Source: an uncultured Flavobacteriaceae bacterium
Lineage (GTDB): Bacteria > Bacteroidota > Bacteroidia > Flavobacteriales > Flavobacteriaceae
Assembly (NCBI GenBank): GCA_964195015.1
Contig: CAXMOQ010000001.1
Span: forward strand, 1-48,150
Length of the DNA: 48,150 bases
Direction: 5' to 3'
In this document: positions 19,892 to 28,974 of the stretch, piece by piece
How positions within the stretch are numbered: position 1 is the first letter of the stretch
Layout: each line of letters opens with the position of its first letter
Made by a program: the position numbers and the translations under genes
The notes under the pieces: model-generated
Database searches by the model: none
What the model saw: only the letters and a program-made list of their open reading frames with translations
Told to the model about the DNA's origin: nothing

Positions 19892-20566
19892 TATTAAAGA
19901 AACTCCGTTTAAGTCGGTTGTAAGGACATCACTCATATAATTAAAATATGGACGAATGCCTGTAAATGCTTCATTTACGTCATCCATAAAGTTGGCATCT
20001 AAAACTTCTTTATCAGTATATTTTTTAACAAAAATGTATTGCTTCTTTTTTATGAGATCTATTGCAGGATGATTTTTGTCAAAGTCTCTTGGAGCCGATT
20101 TCACTTGATCGCCAACAAGTTCTCCCCAAGTATTTTTGAATGTTTTGTTGTTAATGATTTTACGCATCTCTTGGTCGTCCATTTCAAATTCTTTTCTAAT
20201 GCGCAACAAATCCTCCTTATTGGGCTCCCAAAACCCTGTAGCAATAAACGATTCGTTATTTGGTGCAATATGCAAGTAATAACCACCTCGTAGTTTTGGT
20301 TTCGTTCTATGGAAAGCACCACCGAAATGTATCTTATACGGATCTTTATTTTTTGAAAATCGGACATCACGATAAATGCGAAACATTTTCACTTTATCGA
20401 TCTCATCATGAACTTTTAGAGACTCAAATAAATCGTTATAAACTTGTTTAATTTGCCCTTCAATAATTTTGAATTCTTTTTTGCGCTCATTAAACCAATC
20501 TCTGTTGTTATTCTTTTCTAACTTCTTAAAAAACTCTAATGCTTCTTTTGGTACAGTAACACTCAT
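19889..20566 (-). CDS. DUF2461 (TIGR02453) family protein
   Basis: FFKKLEKNNNRDWF N-terminus and YRDVRFSKNK core are typical of the family. The ORF-track start 20587 is TTG; the ATG at 20566 is preferred. Confidence 0.75.
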   Translation of the reverse strand: MSVTVPKEALEFFKKLEKNNNRDWFNERKKEFKIIEGQIKQVYNDLFESLKVHDEIDKVKMFRIYRDVRFSKNKDPYKIHFGGAFHRTKPKLRGGYYLHIAPNNESFIATGFWEPNKEDLLRIRKEFEMDDQEMRKIINNKTFKNTWGELVGDQVKSAPRDFDKNHPAIDLIKKKQYIFVKKYTDKEVLDANFMDDVNEAFTGIRPYFNYMSDVLTTDLNGVSLI

Positions 20567-20605
20567 AATTAATTTATTTTGGTTCAAATTACAAAATAGG
20601 TTACA

Positions 20606-21382
20606 CTATTCAAATTCAATTTTATTAAGAATTAATCCCGAAGCCGGAGCAATATAATCCATGACTTCTGTGCTTTCAGGTTTCAAGCTGTCTTCGATAT
20701 ATTCTAAAGTAATATCTCCTCTACCTAATTTAATCAATGTTCCCATCATTAACCTGATTTGATTTCGCATAAACCCTTTGCCTTTTACACGCAGTATAAA
20801 GGTTTTCTCTGGAAAATAATTCGCAGTAAATACGGTGTTTTCGACCAGCTCACAGCATAAAATCTCTCTGTTGTAAATACCATTATCTGTTGCTCTAAAA
20901 CAATAAGGTTTGAAATTATGAATACCTTGAAATAATGCAGCACCTGCTTTCATGGTTTCAATATCCAATTCGTCAAGAATGGTGGTCATGATTGGCGCAC
21001 AAAATGGATGATTTTTCTCACCATGCGCAAACAAATACAGATACTCTTTGACTTTGGAATGCTGAATGATATTGAAATCTTTAGTCACTTCCTTTATATT
21101 AAGTGCCCTGATATCTTGTGGCAAGTTGTGATTGAATAAGGCCAGAAACTCTTCTAAATCATTTAAAGGTTCATGTAAAAAGAGTTCAAATGCAGCCTCT
21201 TGAGCAGACACCATGGCATCTGTCCTTCCAGAAGCCAACGTCTTAAACTTTTTATCTTGCAAAATAAATTTAAAAGTTCTGTCAATCATTAAATGGACGG
21301 TCTTTACATTGGGTTGTTTTTGCCAACCGTGAAAACGATATCCTAAATATTGTACTGTAATAACGTAAAAATATTTTTTCAA
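20606..21382 (-). CDS. truA: tRNA pseudouridine(38-40) synthase
   Basis: 258 aa with YLGYRFHGWQKQ and the catalytic-Asp motif GRTDAMVSA. The start codon is TTG, with no in-frame ATG near the conserved N-terminus. Confidence 0.88.
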   Translation of the reverse strand: MKKYFYVITVQYLGYRFHGWQKQPNVKTVHLMIDRTFKFILQDKKFKTLASGRTDAMVSAQEAAFELFLHEPLNDLEEFLALFNHNLPQDIRALNIKEVTKDFNIIQHSKVKEYLYLFAHGEKNHPFCAPIMTTILDELDIETMKAGAALFQGIHNFKPYCFRATDNGIYNREILCCELVENTVFTANYFPEKTFILRVKGKGFMRNQIRLMMGTLIKLGRGDITLEYIEDSLKPESTEVMDYIAPASGLILNKIEFE

Positions 21383-21490
21383 ACCTTTGCTTTTTTTTCC
21401 TCGAAAAGATTCGGCAAGTAACCCATTTTAATAGATATGACAAAATTTTTATAAATTGTAATGATTTTTACTAACTAAAAACTAATTATT

Positions 21491-21910
21491 ATGACTGAAA
21501 ATTCAACAAATAAACCACTAATATGGTTTTGGATTGTTAGCGTTTTAGGACTCGTTTGGAACGCGATGGGTGTAAATGCCTATTTGCAACAAGCATACGA
21601 TACCGAAGGTTACCGTGAAATGTATACGCAAGAGCAATTAGAAATAGCAGCAAATTTTCCTGCTTGGGTAACTGCAGCATTTGCTGTTGCTGTTTTTGCA
21701 GGCGCTTTTGGGTGTTTAGCCTTGCTTTTAAGAAAAAAAATAGCTGGCAGTTTGCTGTTAATTTCATTATTGGCGGTAATTTTCCAAATGGGCTATATAT
21801 TAATCAATGGATATACAAGTAGCATGGTTATGACCATTATGATTATTGTCTTTGCATTTTTCTTGGTCTGGTTTTCCAGAAAGGCAGCTGCAAATGGTTG
21901 GGTTTCTTAA
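21491..21910 (+). CDS. integral membrane protein, 139 aa, about 4 TM
   Basis: ATG ORF with four hydrophobic helices. No family recognised. Confidence 0.6.
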   Translation: MTENSTNKPLIWFWIVSVLGLVWNAMGVNAYLQQAYDTEGYREMYTQEQLEIAANFPAWVTAAFAVAVFAGAFGCLALLLRKKIAGSLLLISLLAVIFQMGYILINGYTSSMVMTIMIIVFAFFLVWFSRKAAANGWVS

Positions 21911-21923
21911 ACGCTAACGACAC

Positions 21924-22079
21924 AATAAAGAGGTCGTCTTATAGATTGGTTTTCTGTCTGTTCGAGCGCAGTCAAGAACTTTATGCTGCTAGTATTCAAT
22001 AGCTAGTATTCAATAGGTTTCGACTGCGCTCAACCTGACAAAATAAATTGTTCTCTACTTTTAAGACGCACTCTTTATT
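21924..22079. repeat. nested-palindrome intergenic element, copy B (about 156 bp)
   Basis: Outer arms AATAAAGAGGTCGTCTTA / TAAGACGCACTCTTTATT match at 16 of 18. The inner arm GGTTTCGACTGCGCTCAACCTGACA is homologous to the copy A arm TGTCAGGTTGAGCTTGTCGAAACC. The centre carries a 14-bp tandem CTAGTATTCAATAG x2 (21989-22016). The right arm overlaps the hisIE stop codon. Confidence 0.7.
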
Positions 22080-22680
22080 TGTGCCTTGTTTGAAGAATAT
22101 TTACAACATCGTTTAATGCATACCCTTTGGCTTTCAGCAATATTAAATAATGAAACAGTAAATCGGCACTTTCATTTAAAAATAAATCGGCATTATTGTC
22201 CTTTGCTTCGATAACAACTTCAACCGCTTCCTCCCCTACTTTTTGAGCAATTTTATTGATGCCTTTATTGAATAACGAAGCGACATAAGAATCTTTAGAT
22301 GGATTTTCTTTTCTGTTTTGTATAATGTTTTCCAATTCGGATATAAACCCATAGTCCAGATTGTTGTCTTGGTTCCAACACGTGTCACTTCCTTTATGGC
22401 ACGTAGGCCCTTTAGGTTCAGCTTGAATTAACAGTGTATCGTTGTCACAATCAATTTTAATATCTACTAGATTTAAAACATTGCCACTTTCCTCGCCTTT
22501 TGTCCATAAGCGCTGCTTGCTTCTGCTGTAAAACGTAACCAGTTTGGTCTTCATGGTTTTGGAATATGCAGCTTCATTCATATAACCGAGCATTAATACA
22601 TTCTTGGTTGTTACGTCCTGAATTATTGCCGGAATGAGTCCGTCTTTGTTTTTATTAAAATTTATATTCATTTTTTCCAC
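22075..22680 (-). CDS. hisIE: bifunctional phosphoribosyl-AMP cyclohydrolase / phosphoribosyl-ATP pyrophosphatase
   Basis: 201 aa. HisI part LIPAIIQD..WTKGEESGN..CHKGSDTCW, then a HisE-like helical C-terminus. Confidence 0.95.
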   Translation of the reverse strand: MEKMNINFNKNKDGLIPAIIQDVTTKNVLMLGYMNEAAYSKTMKTKLVTFYSRSKQRLWTKGEESGNVLNLVDIKIDCDNDTLLIQAEPKGPTCHKGSDTCWNQDNNLDYGFISELENIIQNRKENPSKDSYVASLFNKGINKIAQKVGEEAVEVVIEAKDNNADLFLNESADLLFHYLILLKAKGYALNDVVNILQTRHK

Positions 22681-22717
22681 TTTATATTAAGATACTGAAA
22701 CAAGTTCAATATGACGA

Positions 22718-23473
22718 CTAAAGTCGTACTTCTATATTATTATTCTGTAATTCAATTTTTAATTGTTCAATTTCAATTTCTCCAAAATGAAATACACTTG
22801 CTGCAAGGGCTGCATCTGCCTTGCCTTTTTTAAAGGTATCAACAAAATGTTGTGTATTGCCTGCACCTCCAGAAGCTATTATTGGTATATTAACTTCTTC
22901 AGAAAGTCTCGCTAAAGCTATATTTGCAAAGCCATCTTTTGTGCCGTCATGATCCATGGATGTAAATAGTATTTCGCCTGCACCGCGTTGTTCAACTTCC
23001 TTTGCCCAATCAAATAAATCAATTTCAGTTGGTACTTTTCCTCCAACCAGATACACTTTCCAATTGCCATCAACCTGTTTAGCATCAATAGCAACTGTAA
23101 TGCATTGGCTTCCAAATTTATTTGAGAGTTCATTGATAAGTTCTGGTCGCTTTACCGCCGAAGAATTTACAGAAACTTTATCGGCTCCGTTTTTTAAAAT
23201 AGCGTCAACATCTTTAACTGATGAGATGCCACCACCAACAGTAAATGGAATATTCACTTGTTCGGCTACACGAAGCACCATGTCCAATGTTGTTTTGCGC
23301 TGTTCTTCGGTTGCCGATATATCTAGAAACACTAGCTCATCTGCTCCTTTTTGAGCGTATTGTTTTGCCAATTGCACAGGATCGCCGGCATCAATTAGAT
23401 TCACAAAATTGACGCCTTTTACGGTTCTTCCGTTCTTGATGTCTAAACATGGTATGATTCGTTTTGTCAACAT
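22718..23473 (-). CDS. hisF: imidazole glycerol phosphate synthase cyclase subunit
   Basis: 251 aa with [13 protein letters not shown] and DELVFLDI. Confidence 0.95.
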   Translation of the reverse strand: MLTKRIIPCLDIKNGRTVKGVNFVNLIDAGDPVQLAKQYAQKGADELVFLDISATEEQRKTTLDMVLRVAEQVNIPFTVGGGISSVKDVDAILKNGADKVSVNSSAVKRPELINELSNKFGSQCITVAIDAKQVDGNWKVYLVGGKVPTEIDLFDWAKEVEQRGAGEILFTSMDHDGTKDGFANIALARLSEEVNIPIIASGGAGNTQHFVDTFKKGKADAALAASVFHFGEIEIEQLKIELQNNNIEVRL

Positions 23474-23561
23474 AATAAAAAAATAGAAGTTAGATATTAA
23501 AAGTTAGAAGTTTCCTTGCTTGAAAAGTTGGTACTTTTGAAATTGGATCCCTAACTTTAAT

Positions 23562-24296
23562 TCATACAAATTTTTCCAGATCAAATAAACTTATCTTATT
23601 TTCATAAATGGCTTTGCCTATTATCGCACCTTCGCATCCAATGTCCTGTAACTTTTTTAAATCATCGACGGATGATATTCCTCCTGAAGCTATAAGTTTA
23701 ATAGATTGTTGACCATTACCTTTGCTACACGCTTCAATTATTTTTTTATACAAATCGAAAGATGGGCCTTCAAGCATACCATCTTTCGAAATATCGGTAC
23801 AAATAACATACTTAATTCCTTTATACTGATACGTTTTAATAAACGGAAGAACATTGTCTTCACTTTGCTCTTGCCAACCGCTAATTGCAATTTTCTCATC
23901 TTTGCAATCTGCGCCTAATATGATTTTTTGTCCACCATATTTGCTAATCCAACTTTCGAAAGTTTTAGCATCATTAACTGCGATGCTACCTCCGGTAACT
24001 TGCTTTGCTCCCGAATTAAAGGCTGTGATTAAATCTTCATTGGCTTTTAATCCACCACCAAAATCAATTCTCAAGTTTGTTTTTGAAGCTATTTGTTCAA
24101 GTATTTTATAATTAACTATGTGTTTTGCTTTTGCGCCATCTAAATCAACAAGATGTAAATATTCAATACCTGAAGCTTCAAATTGCTTGGCAACTTCTAG
24201 CGGATTTTCGTTATATACTTTTTTTGTTGCATAATCGCCTTTGGTAAGGCGAACACATTTGCCTTCTATAATATCGATTGCAGGTATAATTCTCAT
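23562..24296 (-). CDS. hisA: ProFAR isomerase (1-(5-phosphoribosyl)-5-[(5-phosphoribosylamino)methylideneamino]imidazole-4-carboxamide isomerase)
   Basis: 244 aa with [17 protein letters not shown] and HLVDLDGA. Confidence 0.95.
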   Translation of the reverse strand: MRIIPAIDIIEGKCVRLTKGDYATKKVYNENPLEVAKQFEASGIEYLHLVDLDGAKAKHIVNYKILEQIASKTNLRIDFGGGLKANEDLITAFNSGAKQVTGGSIAVNDAKTFESWISKYGGQKIILGADCKDEKIAISGWQEQSEDNVLPFIKTYQYKGIKYVICTDISKDGMLEGPSFDLYKKIIEACSKGNGQQSIKLIASGGISSVDDLKKLQDIGCEGAIIGKAIYENKISLFDLEKFV

Positions 24297-24322
24297 TGAT
24301 TTATTTATTTATTTATTAATCT

Positions 24323-24343
24323 ATCCTGAACTTGATTCAGGAT
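24323..24343. repeat. CTGAA/TTCAG-type palindromic unit (hisA-hisH spacer)
   Basis: ATCCTGAA-CTTGA-TTCAGGAT, perfect 8-bp arms. Confidence 0.75.
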
Positions 24344-24389
24344 ATGCTTAATTTTTATTTAAATTTAATTTGACCATTCATACAAAAGA

Positions 24390-24408
24390 TTCTGAAATAA
24401 ATTCAGAA
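24390..24408. repeat. CTGAA/TTCAG-type palindromic unit (hisA-hisH spacer, second copy)
   Basis: TTCTGAA-ATAAA-TTCAGAA, ending 3 nt before the hisH stop. Confidence 0.7.
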
Positions 24409-24410
24409 AG

Positions 24411-24992
24411 TTACAGCTTCAAAAAATTCTCAAGAATTTTTGAACCTGTAACACTACTCTTTTCTGGGTGAAATTGTACCCCGTAAAAACTGTTGTGCTG
24501 CAAGGAAGACGCATATTCTATATCGTAATTTGTTGTTGCAATACTTTGAATGCACTGCTCGGCATAATAGCTATGAACAAGGTACATGTAATTATTATCA
24601 TTAATGCCATTAAATAATCCTGATTTTAAATTATTTATTGTGTTCCATCCCATTTGTGGTACTTTAACATTGTTGGAAAACCTCTTTACGTTTGTGTCGA
24701 AAATACCGAGGCCTTTAACGTTTCCTTCTTCGGTTTTATTACATAGCAATTGCATGCCTAAACAAATGCCCAAAACGGGTTGTTTTAAGTTTGGAATAAC
24801 CATATCTAATTGGCTCTCCTTTAGCATGCGCATAGCACTACTCGCCTCTCCTACGCCCGGGAATATTATTTTATCGGCAGAAATGATTTCATCCACTTTA
24901 TTAGATAGAATCGCATCAACACCTAACCGTTTAAAAGCGAATTGAATGCTTTTTATGTTTCCTGCGCCATAATCTATAATTACAATTTTCAA
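24411..24992 (-). CDS. hisH: imidazole glycerol phosphate synthase glutamine amidotransferase subunit
   Basis: 193 aa with MKIVIIDYGAGN and the catalytic Cys in GICLGMQLL. The start codon is TTG. Confidence 0.93.
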   Translation of the reverse strand: MKIVIIDYGAGNIKSIQFAFKRLGVDAILSNKVDEIISADKIIFPGVGEASSAMRMLKESQLDMVIPNLKQPVLGICLGMQLLCNKTEEGNVKGLGIFDTNVKRFSNNVKVPQMGWNTINNLKSGLFNGINDNNYMYLVHSYYAEQCIQSIATTNYDIEYASSLQHNSFYGVQFHPEKSSVTGSKILENFLKL

Positions 24993-25010
24993 TTGATTTT
25001 CAATTTTGGA

Positions 25011-25054
25011 TTTACGATTTACGATTTCAATTCGTAATTCGTCAATCTGAATTC
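25011..25054. repeat. TTACGATT-type palindromic repeat (hisH-hisB spacer)
   Basis: TTTACGATTTACGATTTCAATTCGTAATTCGTCAATCTGAATTC. Shares ATTCGTnAATCTGAA with the element at 33011-33075. Confidence 0.65.
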
Positions 25055-25062
25055 ATAAATTT

Positions 25063-26196
25063 TCAAAGCATTCCTTTTGTTGATGGCAAAATCATTTTAT
25101 CTAGATCGCGCTTTACGGCCATTTTAATGGCTTTTGCAAAGGCTTTAAATATCGCCTCTATTTTGTGATGCTCGTTTGTGCCTTCGGCTTTGATGTTCAA
25201 ATTGCATCTTGCGCCATCTGTAAACGATTTAAAAAAATGAAAAAACATTTCAGTGGGCATTTTACCTATCATTTCTCTTTTAAATTCGGTCTCCCAAACC
25301 AACCAATTTCTACCGCCAAAATCGATGGCAACTTGTGCTAAACAATCGTCCATTGGTAAACAGAAACCATAGCGTTCTATACCCAATTTATTTGCCAAGA
25401 CTTGATTGAATAATTCGCCTAAAGCAATGGCTGTGTCTTCTATGGTGTGATGCTCGTCAACCTTTAAATCGCCTTTAACATCAATATTTAAGTCTAATTG
25501 GCCGTGCCGTGCCAATTGATCTAACATGTGGTCGAAAAAGGCAATTCCTGTGTTAATATAGCTTTGCCCTGTGCCATCCAGATTTAATTGAATTGCGATT
25601 TTGGTTTCGTTAGTATTTCTAACAATACTTCCTGTTCTGTCTGTGGTTTTTAGATATTTATAGATGTCTTCCCAATTATTAGTTTCAAGCGCAATGTAGG
25701 CGTCCAACTCTTCGTGCTTAACTGTAATTTCATCAGTTCCCAAATGGGTGTTGTCATTTATAAAGATTCCTTTTGAACCTAGGTTTTTTGCCAGTTCGAT
25801 ATCGGTTAATCGGTCTCCGATAACAAAGGAATTTCCCAAATCATAATCTTCGGAAAAATATTTTGTCAATAACCCAGTGTTTGGTTTGCGCGTTGATGCA
25901 TTGTCTTCAGGGAATGTTCTATCAATAATTTGCTCTTTGAACACAACGCCTTCGGTTTCGAAGGTGTTAATTACAAAATTATGTATGGGCCAAAAGGTGG
26001 CTTCTGGATTAGCTTCAGTTCCCAAACCATCCTGATTGGTTACCATAATCAATTCAAAATCTAGCTCTTTGGCGATTTTACCCAGGTACTGAAATACTTT
26101 CGGGTAGAATTTCAACTTCTCGAAAGCATCTACCTGCTCATCGGCAGGTTCTTTTATTAGCGTTCCGTCGCGATCTATAAATAATACTTTTTTCAT
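25063..26196 (-). CDS. hisB: bifunctional histidinol-phosphatase / imidazoleglycerol-phosphate dehydratase
   Basis: 377 aa with HAD motif FIDRDGTL and IGPD motif [14 protein letters not shown]. Confidence 0.95.
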   Translation of the reverse strand: MKKVLFIDRDGTLIKEPADEQVDAFEKLKFYPKVFQYLGKIAKELDFELIMVTNQDGLGTEANPEATFWPIHNFVINTFETEGVVFKEQIIDRTFPEDNASTRKPNTGLLTKYFSEDYDLGNSFVIGDRLTDIELAKNLGSKGIFINDNTHLGTDEITVKHEELDAYIALETNNWEDIYKYLKTTDRTGSIVRNTNETKIAIQLNLDGTGQSYINTGIAFFDHMLDQLARHGQLDLNIDVKGDLKVDEHHTIEDTAIALGELFNQVLANKLGIERYGFCLPMDDCLAQVAIDFGGRNWLVWETEFKREMIGKMPTEMFFHFFKSFTDGARCNLNIKAEGTNEHHKIEAIFKAFAKAIKMAVKRDLDKMILPSTKGML

Positions 26197-26208
26197 AACT
26201 TTAGTTAT

Positions 26209-26231
26209 GACCCTGAACTGGTTTCAGGGTC
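26209..26231. repeat. CTGAA/TTCAG-type palindromic unit flanking the GIY-YIG ORF (hisB side)
   Basis: GACCCTGAA-CTGGT-TTCAGGGTC, perfect 9-bp arms. Confidence 0.75.
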
Positions 26232-26233
26232 TT

Positions 26234-26536
26234 TTAATTAATACTTAATGTTTCTAATTTATAATTTTCACTTTTTATAAGGTTCCATTTCCATTCTTTG
26301 CGCCAAATTTTTAATCGCCTTTCTCTTGTTTTTGCACTTTTCTTATCATCAAATACTTCAAAATAAGGCAAATCACGAACACTATACTTTTTTGTGAATA
26401 CTGTAGCCGTCCCATTATTATGTTGACTAAGTCTTCTTTTTAAGTTTTCGATGTAACCAATATACAGCACTGTTCTGTCTTGTTTGTTAAAATGTAGCAA
26501 TAGTATTTTAGATTTATATTTTTCATTCATGTTCAA
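26234..26536 (-). CDS. small GIY-YIG nuclease superfamily protein (about 98-100 aa) inserted in the his operon
   Basis: LYIGYIENLKRRLSQH (YIG plus conserved Arg) and a later RERRLKIWRKEWK (Glu) fit the small UPF0213/GIY-YIG family. The ORF-track start is TTG at 26536; an ATG lies at 26530. Confidence 0.75.
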   Translation of the reverse strand: MNMNEKYKSKILLLHFNKQDRTVLYIGYIENLKRRLSQHNNGTATVFTKKYSVRDLPYFEVFDDKKSAKTRERRLKIWRKEWKWNLIKSENYKLETLSIN

Positions 26537-26545
26537 ATAATGAGT

Positions 26546-26564
26546 TCCTGAAACAAATTCAGGA
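26546..26564. repeat. CTGAA/TTCAG-type palindromic unit flanking the GIY-YIG ORF (hisC side)
   Basis: TCCTGAA-ACAAA-TTCAGGA. Overlaps the hisC stop codon (26559-26561). Confidence 0.7.
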
Positions 26565-27602
26565 TTTCGAAATAAATAAAAGTGCTTTTATTAATTTCTC
26601 ATTCTCTACTTCTGTTCCAACTGTTAATCTCAAGCAGTCACCGCATAACGGCTGATAGTTTCTATTGCGAATAACAATGCCTTGATTTATAAGTTGATTG
26701 TAACGATTATTAGCATCATCTACTTTTACCAAAATAAAATTAGCATCCGTTGGGTATATGGTCTTTATAAAATTAATGGGTTTTAATTCTAATATCAATT
26801 TTTCTCTTTCCTTTAGAATATCGTCAACTTGTGTACGGACAATATCAGGTTTAGAAAGTTGCTCCGTAGCTCGTAGCTGTGTTAATTGATTCACATTATA
26901 AGGTGGTTTTATTTTATTTAGCAACGAAATTATTTCAACTGATGTATAGCAAATTCCTAAACGAATTCCAGCCATACCATAAGCTTTTGAAAGTGTTTGG
27001 GTGATGATAAGATTTGGAAATTCTTCCAATCGGTTTAGCCAACTTTGTTGTTCGTAAAAATCAATATAAGCCTCGTCGATAACTACTATGCCTTTAAATT
27101 TATTCAGTAGCGTTTCAACTTCATTCCGATCAAAACTATTTCCCGTTGGGTTATTAGGTGAACACAAAAAAAGCATCTTACTGTTTGTATTTGATGCCGC
27201 TAATATTTGGTCAACTTGCGGTTGAAAGCTATCAGATAATAACACTTTAATAACATCAACTGCATTTACATTGGCGAGAACTTCGTACATTCCATACGTT
27301 GGCGGTAATGTGATGATGTTGTCTTGATTGGGTTCGCAAAATACTCTAACAATAAGGTCTAAAACTTCGTCGCTTCCATTGCCCAAAAGTATATTTTCTA
27401 TTGGTATATTTTTAATTTCTGATAGCAATACTTTTAGTTTATTCTGTTGCGGATCTGGATATCGGTTTACGCCATTTTCAAACGGGTTCTCATTTGCATC
27501 CAGAAATACCATTTTATTGTCAAGCTCTTGAAATTCATCCCTGGCAGAAGAATAAGGTTTCAATTCTTTTATATTTGGTCGTATAAGGTCTTGAATGTTC
27601 AT
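26559..27602 (-). CDS. hisC: histidinol-phosphate aminotransferase
   Basis: 347 aa with the PLP-lysine motif TLSKAYGMAGIRLG. Its ATG overlaps the hisD stop (ATGA). Confidence 0.95.
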   Translation of the reverse strand: MNIQDLIRPNIKELKPYSSARDEFQELDNKMVFLDANENPFENGVNRYPDPQQNKLKVLLSEIKNIPIENILLGNGSDEVLDLIVRVFCEPNQDNIITLPPTYGMYEVLANVNAVDVIKVLLSDSFQPQVDQILAASNTNSKMLFLCSPNNPTGNSFDRNEVETLLNKFKGIVVIDEAYIDFYEQQSWLNRLEEFPNLIITQTLSKAYGMAGIRLGICYTSVEIISLLNKIKPPYNVNQLTQLRATEQLSKPDIVRTQVDDILKEREKLILELKPINFIKTIYPTDANFILVKVDDANNRYNQLINQGIVIRNRNYQPLCGDCLRLTVGTEVENEKLIKALLFISKS

Positions 27603-28897
27603 GGCTTTAATTCATTTAATCTTATTGTTACTGCATTCTTGTGTGCTTGCAAACCTTCGGCTTCTGCCATTAATTCGATAGAGTTTCCAATGTTTTGAAG
27701 CCCTTCTTTTGATATTTTCTGAAATGTCATACTCTTCAAAAAGCTATCCAGATTTATTCCAGAATAGGCTTTAGAAAATCCATTTGTTGGAAGCGTGTGA
27801 TTTGTTCCGGAAGCATAATCGCCAGCACTTTCAGGCGTGTAATTACCTATAAATACTGAACCTGCGTTAACAATACCGTTGACATAAAATTCCTCATCTC
27901 TAGTACAGATTATAAGATGTTCAGGTGCATATTCATTGATTAAATCGAGTGCCGTTTGATTATTATCAACATAAATTAATTTCGAATTTGCCATTGCTTT
28001 TTTTGCAATATCCTGGCGCGGTAAGTCTTTTATCTGCTTTGCAACTTCGTCTGAAACTGATTTAATCAAATTCTTTGAGGTTGATACCAATATCACCTGG
28101 CTATCTGCACCATGTTCTGCCTGACTTAACAAATCGGAAGCCACAAATGCAGGATTTGCAGTATCATCGGCAACAACCAATAATTCACTTGGCCCAGCGG
28201 GCATATCGATAGCAACGCCATATTTCGTTGCCAATTGTTTTGCTACGGTGACAAACTGATTTCCCGGACCGAAAATCTTGTAAACTCCGGGGATGGTTTC
28301 CGTGCCAAATGTTAATCCTGCAATGGCTTGAATGCCGCCAACTTTAATGATTTTCGATATTCCACAAAGTTGTGCCGTATATAGAATAGCAGGATTGATT
28401 GATCCATTTTTATCTGGAGGAGAACACAATACAATCTCGTTACAACCTACGATTTGTGCAGGAACAGCTAGCATTAAAACTGTAGAGAATAAAGGTGCTG
28501 TTCCTCCGGGAATATATAATCCAATTTTTTGAATTGCCTTTTTCTCTTGCCAGCACAATACGCCTTTTGTGGTTTCAACTTCAATCTTGGGAGTTTGCAG
28601 TGCCCTGTGAAATTTTTCAATATTGGTTTTAGCAACTTTAATGGCCTCTTGAAGTTCTTTTGAAACCCCTTTTACTGAATTATTAACTTCTTCTTCTGTA
28701 ACCAGAATAGAATCCAGTTCTACACCGTCAAACAAGGATGTATATTTTGCAATGGCTAAATCTCCATTTTTAACGACTTCTTTAAAAATTTGATTCACCG
28801 TAGCTTCAATATCATCAACCGATTGTGTTGGACGTTGTAATAGGATTGGCCAATTTTTTCTGTTAGGATTTTCGATTATCGTCATTAGTATTTTCAA
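27599..28897 (-). CDS. hisD: histidinol dehydrogenase
   Basis: 432 aa with SQAEHG and GDYASGTNHTLPT. The ORF-track start is TTG at 28897; an ATG alternative lies at 28885. Confidence 0.93.
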   Translation of the reverse strand: MKILMTIIENPNRKNWPILLQRPTQSVDDIEATVNQIFKEVVKNGDLAIAKYTSLFDGVELDSILVTEEEVNNSVKGVSKELQEAIKVAKTNIEKFHRALQTPKIEVETTKGVLCWQEKKAIQKIGLYIPGGTAPLFSTVLMLAVPAQIVGCNEIVLCSPPDKNGSINPAILYTAQLCGISKIIKVGGIQAIAGLTFGTETIPGVYKIFGPGNQFVTVAKQLATKYGVAIDMPAGPSELLVVADDTANPAFVASDLLSQAEHGADSQVILVSTSKNLIKSVSDEVAKQIKDLPRQDIAKKAMANSKLIYVDNNQTALDLINEYAPEHLIICTRDEEFYVNGIVNAGSVFIGNYTPESAGDYASGTNHTLPTNGFSKAYSGINLDSFLKSMTFQKISKEGLQNIGNSIELMAEAEGLQAHKNAVTIRLNELKP

Positions 28898-28907
28898 TTA
28901 TTTTATA

Positions 28908-28932
28908 GGTCTCGACTGAACTCGACCTGATA
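28908..28932. repeat. solo arm of the nested-palindrome family (hisD-hisG spacer)
   Basis: GGTCTCGACTGAACTCGACCTGATA versus GGTTTCGACTGCGCTCAACCTGACA in copy B. Confidence 0.6.
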
Positions 28933-28974
28933 TTTAGTTTATTTTTTAAAGGATGCTGAAATAAATTTAACATG

